Shown: positions 46,540-61,340 of the stretch, piece by piece | Numbering within the stretch: the first letter of the stretch is position 1 | Layout: each line of letters starts with the position of its first letter | Assembly (NCBI GenBank): GCA_964016885.1 | Contig: OZ024740.1 | Location: 194,556,001 to 194,620,000 of the forward strand | Length of the DNA stretch: 64,000 bases | Direction: 5' to 3' | Source of the DNA: Eledone cirrhosa | Lineage: Eukaryota | Program-made: the position numbers and the translations under genes | Notes under the pieces: model-generated | Told to the model about the DNA's origin: nothing | Database searches by the model: none | What the model saw: only the letters and a program-made list of their open reading frames with translations

Positions 46540-46940
46540 TGCGTGTTAACACTACCTACGTAGTATTTTAATATATATAAAAATGAATTGATAAATGTAT
46601 GAAAAAATAAGTTTGATAAAATGTATATGTATTGACAATACTAAGATTTAAAATTAAAGCTTAAGCAGCTTTTATAAACTAAATCTACTACAACACACAA
46701 ATGAAGATACATTGGTTTGTATAGTGGGAATTACAACAATGGAAAAACAACAAAAGCAAAAGTATCACTCCCACCTAATCACAGCTCTCAAATATCCAGA
46801 AACTTACAAAATAATCATACCACATCTAACAATGTGTTCCTCGGTTTCCTACCTCAAATTAATATCCTTCTCCTTGTACCATAGTGCCATTCCAATATCA
46901 TGACTATGATGAATATTCCATTTATTTAAATAGAACAACT

Positions 46941-47420
46941 AATTGTTTCTACTTTTGGCACAAGACCAGCAATTATCCCAGTGTATTACTGGTATTTTAT
47001 TTTATCGAGCCCGTAAGGATGAAAGGCAAAGTTAACCTCGGCGGGAACAAATAATGGTTTCTACTTGTGGGTGGAATGCAAAACTAACCTCGCTGGGATT
47101 TGAACTCGTAACGCAAAGGGCCGTAACTCTATGCCACGAAGCATGGTGTCCGACGCTCTACCGATACTCCAAACCACTGCCCTATCGCTATAAATAATTG
47201 TTTCTACTTTAGGCACAAGGCCAGCAATTTGAAGGAGAGGAGAAAGTTGATTAAATTGTCCCCACTGCATTACTGGTGCTTTATTCATCGACCTTGTAAG
47301 GATGCAAGCTGAAGCCAACTACAGCGAGATTTTAACTCAGAACGTAAAGGGTCGTAACTCTATGCTACGGAGCATGTTTTCCGACGCTCTACTGATACTG
47401 CCAATACACCGCCCTATCGT
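46941..47420 (-). mobile_element. Cluster of three family-1 SINE copies or fragments
   Basis: Matches at about 46941-47046, 47085-47180 and 47195-47420. Confidence 0.8.
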
Positions 47421-47924
47421 TAAAAATACTAACATAGAAAATAAGGTAAAATACTTCAGAGATGGAATAAAGAGGCTAGTTATATTTTAACCGATTCCTT
47501 TCAACCGACTGTTGTTACATGTATTTTCTACGTTTAAGATTCCCTCATATTCAAATTTAAAATCTCCCAGCATTTCGATTTGTTTACATCTACTAATGCT
47601 CTAGGCGCTCTAGGATAGCATTCTAACCATAGGCGAAAGAAAGGATCAGAAGCCCTTTAGTGTAATGACAACGCAATTGTACGGTTTCGAGATATACAGG
47701 TTTGACTCTCCATAGGGTTAATTGGCCACTTTTTCCCCATCTCTAGGAGTAAACTCAGTTTTCTAAGCAATTATTTATAGCGTTCAATTGTTCTTGCTGT
47801 TATTTTCTGCGTTTAAGATTATCGCATTTTCATATATATAGAACCAACTAGAAGGCCTGCTTGAAGATTGCTCCACAAATCATCCCAGGAATAAGGGGAA
47901 AAGAAGTATATATATATAGCGGGT

Positions 47925-49090
47925 TCTGTCAGAAGTAAATGTCTCCAATTCATCTGGATTGATCCCCAAGTAAGACCAGCCGAGCTCATGGATGTAATTC
48001 TACCATCATACTCGGGGTCACCTGCTAGGTCTTCTGCCAGCTGGTTTTGCCCGCAAAATCTGTCAAACGATTCTTTCCTTAGACATTCTGACCACATGTC
48101 AGTAGTATCGGAGCTGTGATTTCTCAATTCGGAGAAGTGGCGGCTCAACCTCAACTGATGCACAGTATCAAGAGACGCTACACCAAAAACCCTTCGCTAT
48201 GGGCTATTTCGGCCGATAGTATTCGTAATCGTATTCTTTCGATCCTTACCCAAGATTTATGACCATAGGTAAGGGTTAGAACGAATACCGATTTAAAGAT
48301 AGCAAGTTTGGCTTTATACATAACACCCTTCTTCTGATGACCGAATGCTTAAGCTTGTGCATTACTGCACTAGGTCCTGCAATTCTTGCACTTAATTCAT
48401 CCTCCTGCCTTCCATCACTCGTGAACATGGTCCTGGGATACATGAACTTCTCCACCTGCTTCAGTGGATCTCCACTTGAATGTACTGTGCACTTCGCAAG
48501 CTTTCTTTGTACTACTTCCATTCTTCCTACCACTGCGATTGTCAATCCTGTTCGTGAAGATTATGAATAGGAGAGGTGACTGTACGCATCTTTGGCGAAG
48601 ATCGACATCACATTGAATGGTTTCGAGTTAGAACCATTTATCCGAACACCAACAGAGGCGCGTTCATATAGATATTTCAGGACAACAAGAAGCTACCCAT
48701 CAATTCCATACTCCTGCAACAGGTCCCGTGAAACGTGGTCATATGCCTTTCTGGGTCTACGAAACAAGCATACACCTCTTGGCAATACTCACATGGTTTC
48801 TCAAAGATATGTGTCAGTGTGAATATTTGGTCAACTGAGTTGCGTCTAGGGCGAAAACCATTCTGTTTGTCAGTTAAGTTGGACACGACAATATCCCTAC
48901 AGATACTATGAGAGACACTTAACATAGACTTTACTGGGGAGGCTTAACAAAGAGATCTCTCTATAGCTAGAACAATCGCTCTTGTCTCCCTGTTTGAAAA
49001 TTGTGTTTATCACTCCCAATTGCCATTGTTTAGGTGCCTTTCCACCTGGCACACAGGAATCAGCCAAATAACCACTTTCTCTGTTTTAGA
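47925..49090 (-). pseudogene. Decayed RTE-like LINE RT
   Basis: QNGFRPRRNSVDQIFTL, EVYACFVD and LKQVEKFMY...FTSDG. Confidence 0.75.
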
Positions 49091-50339
49091 CTTAATCAGA
49101 CCATAGTTGTAATATGTTGCTAGGTCATCACTGCCTCGGGCAGACTTTGTTGGAATGCACCATTTTGTTTTAAGCATTTATATCATGACACTAGTCTGAA
49201 CATAGTTAACACTATATCACCATAAGCAGCAACCCATCATTCATCAATTCTTTTTTCATTCCCCTCACTAACCTTGGAGACCCTTTAAAAGGTCATGAGA
49301 AATGTCCTCCTTCTTCTATTTAGCTATAATAAATAATTTAAAAACCAACATAATGTACACAATATAGTCTTGCTTATATTCTAGTAACTTCTATTATTTC
49401 GATCATGTTAGTATTAGATTGTTGAAGACAATGTTGATAGATTGCTTACTAAAGACGATCAACAGATATGTTATATATTTATTATACGGAAATTTTCGTT
49501 CATGCAATAACCTTTTGTAGAGTGGAAGACCGCCGCTGAGTACATTTATACAAGGAAATATCCAATTATTCACATAGTGTATAATATAGATATGTGCACA
49601 TATCCGTTTATAAAACTAACTGTTTGTTTCCTGTATCTTTCTCATTCATTGTAGAGAATATTGTCTCTTTACGTATAACTTCAAGCTAACTTCTATTTTA
49701 AAAAATAATAAATTTGTTCTCTTTCTTACTACAGGGGATTTTTCACAATAAGCTGTCTCTTACAGTCGCACAGTTGACATTTTCAATCACTCTAAGTATT
49801 TGAACTGGATAAGATAGTTGTATTCATAGCTTACGATTTAGTCAGAACAAAAGATGAGGACAAACAGAAACTAGTGAAAAGGGCAGCTGGAAGAATATAA
49901 CATTTATGTAATCTTTTCTTATTATTGCCACAAGGCTGACAGATGAGAGGATGTTACAAGTAAAGATTATGAAGATGGTGAGAGCTTTATATAATCGAGT
50001 ATGAGAAAACGGCCATAAACACAAAAGAATAAACACAAAAGGAGAAATAAAAGAAAGTCACATTCCAAAAAGGGGAGACACATTAAGATAATCGGGGAAA
50101 CCCACTGAATTCGGATTACCCTTCCTGTAGGTGATATCGGTGAAGCTAGAATACCAGACAACCAAAATATATATACACAAACACACAAATATATATATGT
50201 GAGTGTGTGTGTGTGTATGTATATATTATAATTGTTTCTACTTTAGGCACAAGGCCAGCAATTACCCAGTGTATTACTGGTACTTAAGGAACAAGGATTC
50301 AGTGTTGCATCAGACCATATTTAATAAAATATTACATAT

Positions 50340-51212
50340 GTTTCTCTATCGATCAGCTCGTGGCAAGATCGAGTGACGTACCCAGATTTAGAGACCAGTA
50401 AACGACCACACATCTCACAAATCCAACTCCCTATGTTCTTATTGAGGTTCATACTGTGGCCTTTTCGAAGCTGATGTTTACGTTTTTCATGATCAAGACG
50501 TCTCTCTTCAAACATTCTGCAGCCTTCCTTCACATGTCCTCTCCATTTACCCCCTCTTTAAAGCAAGGACTTCCCAGTTCTGAACTTCAAACTGTTGGTC
50601 TTTATGTTTTTTTCATGCAATCTTTATATCTTTTTCTTGGTTTGTGTTGAGGGCGTTTCCTAGTGTGAAATTGACTGTAAAATAGTTGTTTTAGAAGTCT
50701 TTACTCATTCATGAGCACAACATGTCCTACCCAACGCATTTGAGAGGATATGACGGTAGATTCAATGCTCGTGCAACCAGCATCTATGAGGGTTTGTGTG
50801 TCAGGTATTTTTTTGTTGCCATCTGATGTTCAGGATTCGACTTAAGCATTTTTTATTAAAGTGTTCAAGCAAATTAAGGTCTACCATCTACTGTCCACGT
50901 TTCTAAAGAGTACAACAGAGCACTCAGAGTGCAGGCCTATTACACACTAATCTTGGTCTTGATATTGATGCTATTATCAACCCCACACTTTCTTTTCGAG
51001 TTTTCCGAAGGCTACAGAAGCCTTATGAATGTGCAGGTGTATTTCTGCATCCAGTGAACATCGTTCGATAATGCACTACGCAGGTAAACAAAAGTGTCAA
51101 CTACACCCAACCTAGTTCCATGCACCATTATATTTGGCTCAATATATGCTTCCCTGGTGATGGGGTGAACATTAGCTTGGTCTTTTTTAGATTAATTTTC
51201 ATGTCAAAAGTA
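50340..51212 (-). pseudogene. Decayed RTE-clade LINE 3' part
   Basis: INLKKTKLMFTPSPGK, VVDTFVYL, KASVAFGKLE and C-terminal CEMCGR; resembles the 30499 ORF. Confidence 0.75.
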
Positions 51213-51495
51213 TTACAATACATACATACATACATGCATACATACGTGCATACATACGTGCGTATGTGTGTGTCTATGCGTATATGTACACACACACACA
51301 CACACCCACACACACACATACTCATAAACATACACGCAGGCTTACTATTCCTTGTTTATGTGTATATCCGTTTCTCCTCTCTCTCATTTTTTATGTAACG
51401 ATCTTTTATTCCTACTTTGCTGCCTCTTTTCCAATTACTCATCTGCTTTCTTTTATCATTTTCTTTCTCCCTCACCCTGCCTTTCTTTCTTTTAC

Positions 51496-51526
<31 letters not shown>

Positions 51527-51735
51527 CTCTCTCTTTCTTTCTCTCTTTCTCACCCCCTCTCTCTCATGTTATCTATTTCTTTTTTATCTGCCCCCCCCCC
51601 ACTCTCTCTGTGTCACGCTCTCTCTCTCACACCCTCTCTCTGTTACTATCTATTTCTTTTTATTGTTCCCTCTCTTTCCCCCTTTCTTCCATTCCCTCTG
51701 GTGCTCTGTTGTTTCATGACAAGTGCTCTTTCTCA

Positions 51736-51802
<67 letters not shown>

Positions 51803-53007
51803 GCCCACTACTTCGGAACATTTGGTTGTTTGGAAATGTGATGGATTTTCTTCAAATATGGTCCAGCCGTATATATTTTGTGACATGGCAAAGATACATT
51901 AAACAAAATTTCATCAAATTTAATAAAGTTCAGAATGAATTTAACTATTGAATAGATGTTAGCATTTGAATGTAATTGAAAAAAAAATGTCTGTACAAGA
52001 GTTTCAATCTTCATCAAAACTGAAGATAACTAAACGGAGGAAACAGAAGACAGAGAAAGGAACAGAAAATAGGAAACACCGTTGTTTGTGTTTTGATGAG
52101 TTTTAGAAAACTATAGAAAATAGAATATTTGTTTCAGTTAAAGAATTATGAGGTCGTGATAGATATGTTTCAAATATTTCATCTAAATGTCGGAACGTTC
52201 TCAGTACTTGGCAGTATATCCATGAATGAATGAAAACTGCACTGGCTTAAAGTATAAATTGCTCTTCAATCATTGGGAGACGGTTTAATGTGGTATTAAG
52301 TAGATTGAAATATTAGAATATTACCCATAGATATTTATATTAGTGTACAACGTTCTATAGGGATAATAGTTGTATCTATTATTCCTATAGGGTTAGTAGT
52401 TAAAATGAATTCTTATTAGTTAATTATTTGGGAGTTCAGTGTAGATACAATGAGTTCCTGACCGGTACATATCTGATGAAGAACAATTTGGTACAGAATG
52501 TTAATATTAGGTAATATATGTAGCGCGTATCTACACATCGGCATTCTGAAAGTATCTAACATTTAAATCTACTTAATAATAGCTTTTAGTGATACACTTG
52601 TAATACATATTTTTTATTTAAGTTGACGCTGATTTTCCAACACAGAAAATGCCTTCCATTTCAGATGAAAACAATCTTTTTATGCTTGAAAACACACAAA
52701 AAGAGGGAATAAAACATTTGGAATATTTTTGATAGTAGGATTTCTTTTCATATAGCAGCTGCTAAATCTTCAATATTGGGAGAAATCTTCAATATTGGGA
52801 GAAACTCCTGTCTGTATGCGTTTTACATATCTCAATTTCACACTTCACCTATATGAAGATATAACGTAAAATTATAACAGTATTTCTATGGTTCTCCCCT
52901 TGGTATACTAGTGCTGTGAATAGTGGGGTGAACTCGATGGAGTCAGAGGCTTTTTTATTGTATACGAAGGCAAAGTAGAAAGTGAAGTTGTATTCGGTTG
53001 CCTTCTC

Positions 53008-53400
53008 TTATAGGTGATTAACTACCAGGATGTGGTCTATTGTTTTGAATCCTGACCTGAATCCACCCGGCTCTTTTGGTTGGTGAGGTTCTAATGTACC
53101 GAGCATCCTCCTGAATCGGATGTATAAAAACACCTTGTAAATGGCGGGTAGGAGGTTGATTGGGTCGTAGTTTCTGGAGTCTGCTTTATCACGTTTTTTG
53201 TGCATTAAGACTATTACAACTTTCTTCCATCTGTCAGAAACAAAGCCTTCTCTAAAAACCTGTTAAAGAGCTTGTTGATTACTATGAACTCTACTAACTT
53301 TATGGCTCTCCACTATCCTGCAGTATACCTGCAGTGATGTTGTCTTTACTTCCTGTCTTGTATCTTTTTAATTGCTTACATCACAGTACTAAGAGATCTT
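53008..53400 (-). pseudogene. LINE RT fragment, RTE-like
   Basis: HKKRDKADSRNYDPINLLP...YKVF...GFRSGFKTIDHI. Confidence 0.7.
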
Positions 53401-54424
53401 TACAATGGCGCTACATCCACTATAGATGAATACACATCATTGTCTATTATTGAGACGAAGCGATATATATTTCAATATATTTGAATATATTTGAATTCAT
53501 AGTAAAATGAGAAAACACATCGTTAGACAGAGATAGGCAAAAATACCTCAGAGGATAGAAACCAGCTGCCAGTGGTCGGCAGAGAGACAATCCGCGAGGT
53601 GGGTTACAGGCAGATGAAATATAGAAAAGAATGAAAGATGAGGAGAACAAAGAGAAGTGTGTTGGCGTATAGATGTGTCTGGAAAAAGGAAATAAAGACG
53701 ATGTACAAAACAAGTTCACACACACATCTTCAACCTTTAAAATGGTTATTTTAATTAAATGGTGCGAAAACATTTTGCTGGTTTGAGAACTAATGAGGGT
53801 GAAGACGTGTGTGTGAATCTGTCTTCAGATGTTTGTCTTTGTATTTATTATTACTCTTTGGCATCTTCGGTAGAGCACGCTTCAGACTTGAAACCTTTCT
53901 ACACAAACAACACGTTAATATTTCTACGAAAAATATTATAGAAGAAGAATCAACCACAGTGCTGGCCTGATAATTTGGAAGGTGAAGTTGACCTCAGCGG
54001 GATTTGAACAGAGAGCGCCGAAACGAATACTGCAAAGCATTCTATACGACGTTCTAACGATTTTGCGAATTTGCCGCCAATCGATCGATATACTTTAAAT
54101 TAAATCGTATTGCTTGCAATAATAGAATTACCCAGGCAGTGATGTCTAATGCATTGCAATTGGACCAACGCTATTGAATAATAAACAGTGGTTTCAATTA
54201 GGTCATCGACGTATAATTTGTAATTATATTTCAGAATGGTTGTCAGGATTATTGAGAATATAAGAAGGTAAAGTATTTATCGTATACTTACTAGTCTATA
54301 GCGGGGGCGTGTAGAGAGCGATCCAGTTATGATGCTCCCCTTCAGTTATATATTTATGATGCTTTAAAATTAATTTTAAAATTAGGCTGATGCATATAAT
54401 TCCTCGCCTTATTAAGTATGATGG

Positions 54425-54627
54425 ATTGGCAGCATCGATAGAGCATCTGACACCATGCTTCACAGCATAGAATTACGGCCCTTTACATTCTGAGTTCAAA
54501 TCCCGCCGAAGTTACCTTTGCCTTTCATTCTTGCGGGTCGATAAAATAAAGAGCATTAATGCAGTGGGAGCGATTTAATCGAATTTCCCCACCCCATTGT
54601 TGGCCTTGGGCCTAAATCAGAAACCAT
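54425..54627 (+). mobile_element. tRNA-derived SINE, family 1
   Basis: TGGCAGCATCGATAG (box A-like) and GAGTTCAAATCC (box B); another minus fragment at about 53960-54080. Confidence 0.8.
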
Positions 54628-54714
54628 TAATCCTATCCGAAATTTTAAAACAGAAGGCAGAACCTCTTCCTTAAGATATGTTTAATTTTGATTTAATGTA
54701 GATGTGATGTAGAA

Positions 54715-55278
54715 AAGCAAAGATTGAGAGTCTTTGAATCCAGGGAGCTGACATCTGAGACTAAACTTAAAGTTTATAACCAATGTGTGACTCCTCTCTT
54801 GTCGTATGGAAGTGAGACGTGGACTCTCCATCGTTACCACATTAGACAGTTAAGAACAGATCAGCAACGGCACTTTAGGTTCATTCTCAACATCAAATGG
54901 AATCACTTTGTCACACACGATGAGGTTCTGAAACGTGCAAAGATTCCCGATATTGAAACTATCCTCATAAGGAATAGACTAAGATGGGTTGTCCATGTCG
55001 TCCACATGGATGATTGTGGACCTGTAAAGAAACTTCTTTTTGGTGAGCTTCAGGATGGTGTTCGACATGTAGGACGGCCTCTCTTGAAGTATAAGGACAC
55101 AATCAAAGATATTTTGAAAAAAGTTAACATTCTTCACTCCTGGAGACATTATGTCGATGACAGACCAATATGGCAGAAGCTAATCCATGATGTAAACATA
55201 GATATTGAAAACCAAAAGGAAGCAGGACAACAAGAGGAAAAGGGAGAAACGACACAATAATAGACCAGATTGACTAAT
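54715..55278 (+). pseudogene. RTE-clade LINE 3' fragment
   Basis: TKLKVYNQCV..LSYGSETW...RLRWVVHV...GRPLLKYKD. Confidence 0.85.
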
Positions 55279-55279
55279 A

Positions 55280-55470
55280 TAATTGTTTCTACTTTTGGCA
55301 CAAGGCCAGCAATTATCCCGGTGTATTACTGGTGCTTTATTTTATCGAACCCGTAAAGATGAAAGGCAAAGTTAACCTCCACGGGATTTGAACTCAGTCC
55401 GTAAAGAGACGTAACTGTGCTACAAAGCATGGCGTCCAACCCTCTACCGATACTGCTAATCCATCGCCCT
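55280..55470 (-). mobile_element. tRNA-derived SINE, family 1
   Basis: Full-length reverse-complement match to the other copies. Confidence 0.8.
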
Positions 55471-55521
55471 AATCGACTAATATAATGAACAGAGATCGTC
55501 ATGCAACTAATATAGAACTTT

Positions 55522-55591
<70 letters not shown>

Positions 55592-55604
55592 CATACATAT
55601 ATAT

Positions 55605-55946
55605 ATCATTATCTATAAAAGGCAGATTGTTGTTGTTGTTTGCATGTTCCATGTTTATACATTTGCACAATTTCAAACCGATTCGACTCAAAGTCTGTAA
55701 AGATGTTGTAAATGGTCTTACTTAGGTCAAGGACTATTTATTTCATTCAAACTCACCTACAATTACGGAAATAATCGATAAAAATAAATACATGACGCTT
55801 TACCACTCTAATACAATCAGATTACCTCTCTCTACTCCCCTTCATCAGAGAAAGTTGCAGCATGTATGTAGTTTTATCGAATATAAACATAGAACATGCA
55901 CACACACACACACAACAACAACAATCTGCCTTTTATAGATAATGAT
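55605..55946. mobile_element. Element bounded by inverted repeats of about 55 bp
   Basis: ATCATTATCTATAAAAGGCAGATTGTTGTTGTTGT...TGCATGTTC and its reverse complement at 55884-55946. Confidence 0.55.
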
Positions 55947-55974
55947 GATGATGATGATGATTAAACTTACAAAC

Positions 55975-56016
<42 letters not shown>

Positions 56017-56244
56017 GAGAGAGAGAAAGAGAGCGTTTGTTTTTGAGTGTGGAACGGTCAAACATTTATTTACTTCAATGACAAAGAGAACTTATTACAT
56101 TTCATACGAAACAACAATTATTCAAAAGCAACAGATAAATTTATTCAACAACAAAAAAAATAGCGATAAATCTTTTTTAAAACATCTATCAACGAACGTG
56201 GAAGAAAGAAGTATCAGTTCATTTACTATACACAATAATATCCC

Positions 56245-56423
56245 CTATCAGGTCACTAAACCTGCTAGAAACAGCAGCTAACTCTCCCCCATATCACACC
56301 ACTCCCTACTATCTTAAATTTAGAAAACATATCCTCTATGAGGTCACTAAACCTGCTAGAAACAGCAGCTAACTCTCCACCATATCACACCCCTTCCTAC
56401 TGTCTTAAATTTAGAAAACACAC
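56245..56423 (+). repeat. Tandem duplication of about 93 bp
   Basis: AGGTCACTAAACCTGCTAGAAACAGCAGCTAACTCTCC occurs twice. Confidence 0.85.
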
Positions 56424-56679
56424 ATTAGACAACCATGCAGAACAACTCCATCGCAGCTCTGTTGTTCGGCTGGCATCGTCTACGCGCGTGTTGCGCAAGT
56501 ACTGTGAAACAAAAAATTTCAACACTTCTTTGCACAGAGATAATATCCATAGGCGAAACTACAATTGCCACTGCTGGTGCAGCTCCTGCTTCGGCAGTCC
56601 AGGTCTGCAATTCATTCACCCAGTGCCTGGCAGACAAAACAGTGCTGCAGTAAAATGGTAAACTTTGGTAACTTACTGA

Positions 56680-56707
56680 CCCCGAGCCAAGCCGGGCTTT
56701 AATGCTA

Positions 56708-56709
<2 letters not shown>
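56680..56709 (+). mobile_element. Helitron-like 3' terminus
   Basis: CCCG-AGCCAAGC-CGGG hairpin, short spacer, then CTAG|T. Confidence 0.5.
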
Positions 56710-56799
<90 letters not shown>

Positions 56800-56890
56800 A
56801 GAAAACACAGGTAAGCATTAAGAGAAGGATTTTATCCAGGTATTTACGACCGTTTCACGAACTGGATCACACTAAGCAATTTTCTGCTTC

Positions 56891-56922
<32 letters not shown>

Positions 56923-57786
56923 CTGGAATGAATGCTTGGATATTCAGCTAAATCTCATGTTGTGAATTGTTATTTGCCCGTATCGGGACTCAGCAAGTGT
57001 ATATTAACCCTATAAAACCTAGGCGTTTTAGCGGCTCCGAAAGCCTGGGACGCTCTGAGAGACCCTAACCCCCTGCTTTATTTCTGAACCACTGATGTTA
57101 TGTCAAAGAACTTGGGCTCCAGTATAGACCATTGATAAGCAAATATTTCGGTATTACAAAAATGTTGACGTCATCATGTTTCTGATGGCGTCATCAGTTG
57201 TACCCAGATGTGTTAAAATTTAGTACGACTATAGTGTTCAAATTGTTTTCTACATCCACTAATATTATAGCATAACATTTTGAAGGTGTATATTTACTGC
57301 ATATAGGTATTGCCATGTTACTTTCTCCGTCCATGTTTGATACTAAATGAAGCAATAACAATACAGTGTCAAATATTTTGCAAAATATATAAAACATTGT
57401 TCCTGTGGCAACAACCTAGTTGCTATACAAGCTGTTGCCATGCTACTCAAAACACATACATTAGATATTGTTTGACGATGTTGTTTTAGTCAAAAGATAT
57501 ATCATTTTATACCTCCTGTCCAATTCCTGCCGTCCCCATGTTGACGGAGAAAATCTTTTTCAAAATCAGTTATATGAGCATTTAACATGATAGATTTTAG
57601 GAAAAATCACCAAATTTCAAAGAAAAATATCTCCATTCCCCTTTCTCTCAGTTTTCCACTCTCATATTCTGTTGCTCAATACAGCGTGCATAGAATGTAA
57701 GATGTGAAACTCTTTGTATTTCTTTGATAGCGCTCATCTCTTTATTCCCACACACTCTCACTCTATTTCTTTATCTTACTCTAAAA

Positions 57787-57868
<82 letters not shown>

Positions 57869-59712
57869 GACAGGCTCAGTCAGTAAAGTAGTAAAAGTGG
57901 GAAAGAAGGGAAATGAAAATGAGAAATATAGATAAATAGATAGATAGATAGATACATACATACATAGACAGAGTGTTTGTGTATGTGTGTATTTGAATTA
58001 GAGAGAGAGTGTGTGTGTTTATAAAAAGTTATGTTCAGGAAATAAGTATATATAGATAGATACACGATGCATATATTGGATTCAGTTAATCAAATTAATA
58101 ATTAACAAAGTTTTTGGACTTACTACTACATTATAGTGTAGAGTATATAGTCTCAAGGAAGATCTTCAACATATATTACTCTAATATACCGCAACATAAT
58201 GTTATCGTCATTTTATGGCTTCTTAAACATATTCCACAATATAAATATAATTCATCCTATTATAAACCGCAAAGTCAAGATTTGAAACTATTACTAACTT
58301 TCGATGTTCAAATCTGAAATTTATCGATTTTTTAATTGAAATGTTTAGATTGTGCAATCAATACCCAATACCATAATCACTTTATATATAAATACACGTA
58401 TGGCACTTAAATAACTAAACAAACTACGAATCTAACGTTGAACTCACTATTATTCAAACAACTGACACTTCCAAAATGTTCCTTGCTCAACCTAACGACG
58501 CATATCATATTAATATATTAGTACAATGCATCTAGTTTTTTGTATTTATTTTCCAAGATTCTTGATGTGTAATCGTATGTTGAAACAGATATTGTTAAAC
58601 TTAGGAAAGGTCAGGCGGAGTAAATAAAACCAAAGGGAAATTTAACTGCTGTATGAGTTTTATTGGTAACATGAACCTCCCAAAGTATAGCAAGTAGAAT
58701 GTATCGTTTTGTTAAAATCTATCATGAATTATTTATCTGAGAGTAGGTCTCTATGCGCCTTTCATGTCATTCCTTTATTTTTACCTTTTTTTCAGTATTT
58801 TCTTTTATTCGTTGTATTTATTTATCTTATTTGAACGCTTTCGTGTAGCCATGTGATCTACTGGATAAAGAAGTAATATTTTCCTCGAATTATTTTCTTT
58901 AAAATGAAAGGACAAGTTGGATGATGATTTTTTTATGGTTTAATCAGCGGTGAATGGTACCACTCATGACCTTTGCAAGGTCTCGAAAGCTTGTGGTGGA
59001 GAAAGAGAAAAAATACGACGAATACTTGCTACTGGAGGAAATATCATATGGAGGAAATGTAGATATAATCTATGAAACATAGTGCAGTCTGTTAGTGGCC
59101 ACTAAGTTTCAAGCAAGAGCGTTCATCCAATTGACGGATAAGTGTACCAGACAATATTCTATCTACCACCTGAAAAAAACATCTACTGCTGGTCTTGACT
59201 GAGAGGAGGAAATTAATGGATGGAACGTCTACACGCTCTGGGCTAAGTTGGGGCTAAACAATGACATCAACATTAAAGGAATAAGCTTAAATTTTTAATA
59301 TCGTGAGCTTTTCATCTGTTGTCATGTTTTTGATGTCTTAACCAGACAATTAATCACATAATTCTAACATGAGGAATTATTCCTCACAATTCACTAATTA
59401 TAAGAATTACCCTCTTATATGGTAGATTAATTATTGTGGTTTAAGTGTCTATTAAATAACTTGTACAAAGAGAAATAATAATACTAACGCGTCACACTCG
59501 CACCATATGTAAATAAGCTATCATCAGAAATGTAGTATTTTCAAAACCTATTTAAAAGCAGCAATAGATTCTACACCACAGTACCAAGTGAGTAAATGTC
59601 ACTAATGGTGTGATGATAGCTCAAAATACTCACAAGAATATGTACGTTTATTATACCTAAACATATTGTGTGTATGTGTGTGTTCTTGTAAGTACGAAGC
59701 TGTGAGAAAACA

Positions 59713-59745
<33 letters not shown>

Positions 59746-60311
59746 TGTACAGAACTGGTGACGGTAAATGTAGAGGTGTGTGTGCCTTTTTTCTTGGTCT
59801 GTATAAGCTGTGTGTGTGTGTGTGTGTGTGCGCGCTATATTTGTTTCTGAAAGTAAGCATCCTTAACTAGTAGATGAACTTTGAATATTTTTGTAGCACA
59901 TAGTGTATTGTAAGATTTCTGTGGATTTTGTAGCAGTGTCTAAATTAAACTTATGGTGTTTTTATTGTAATATGGTTTATTGAGATGGAATGTTCGGAGG
60001 ATTTAGATGTTGGATGCTTGATAAAAGTAAGCATACTCAGAAAATTGAGTGAAAGTGAGTATAGTGTAATTGCAGACCGAAGACGTGAATTACAGCAAAT
60101 CCTCGACGTTTCTCTTACCTTTTCCTTTGCAAAATAACATTTACACTCTCCTATATCTATTAAGTGTTGAATCAGATATTGCTGGAATATATCATTTTAC
60201 TTAAAACGCTTCCATTTATATATGTACACCTGTATATGTGTTTGTGCGTATGTATATACACATATATTAGTGTAAATAGATACATATGTGTATACATCTA
60301 TACAATGTGTT

Positions 60312-60381
<70 letters not shown>

Positions 60382-61100
60382 CGATTATTTTATTTTATTT
60401 TGCTTGACTTTTCTTTTATTTTTGTTTAACTTTGCTTTTAACATCAATTACTTTGTTATTTTTACGGAAGAAGTAATTGCTATCTTATAAACTGTTAGAC
60501 TTTGAAGACATTCAATTCACTTCCCTTTTCCTAGATAGTCGGATGTAAAAATTGGATTCTAAACTAATATTTATGGCTTTTCCAGCATTCTGTGCACCAT
60601 TAGTTATTATATACTATTTTAGGTATCATCATTTTTGTGACTGTGTTCATATAATATTTGTGGAAGGTTACACGAGGAGATAAATTTGTACATGACCAAA
60701 AATAGAAATTTGAGTACATTTTAAAAGGAAAAAATGAATGCTGAATAATGCTGATAAAAAGCTAGAAGGAAAAGTGATATTCGAAATCAATAATTTAAGA
60801 ATAGCATTTTTTGTTATTATTTGAAGTCAAGCTGTCAAGATAGTTTCCAGGAAGGAATAAATGAAATAAGAAACAAATATTGAAGATATTTTCATTTCTC
60901 TCTTAAAGTGACAAGTCGTTTAAAAGATTCATTCGCCTTTAGCCCAAATACTTAGTACCCTAAAAGTTAAATGGGTGTCATCATTCTATTTTGGAAATAT
61001 CTACAACAAAGATATTTTCCTTAAAATGTTTTTGGAAAATGATTCAAATCAAATGTGCAAATAAGTGTTTGGCGGCATTTTTACTGTGTATATCCTGATA

Positions 61101-61340
61101 CGCATGGCTTAGTGGTTAGAGCATTGGGCTTTTAGTCGAAAGGTTGTGAGTTCAATTCTCGGACCGTGTTGTTTCCTTGAGCAAGACACTTTATTTCACG
61201 TTGCTCGAGTTTACTCAGCTGTAGAAATGAGTACCGGCCTGCCCGCCCAGCCAGTGGGATGGCGTTATCTTATGGCTAAAACAGCACGACGTGCTGTGAC
61301 CAGCGGCGCTGATTGGCGCCCGACAGACTGGTTGGTCAAG
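61101..61340 (+). mobile_element. CORE-type tRNA SINE
   Basis: TGGCTTAGTGGTTAG, GAGTTCAATTC and CCTTGAGCAAGACACTT. Confidence 0.75.
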
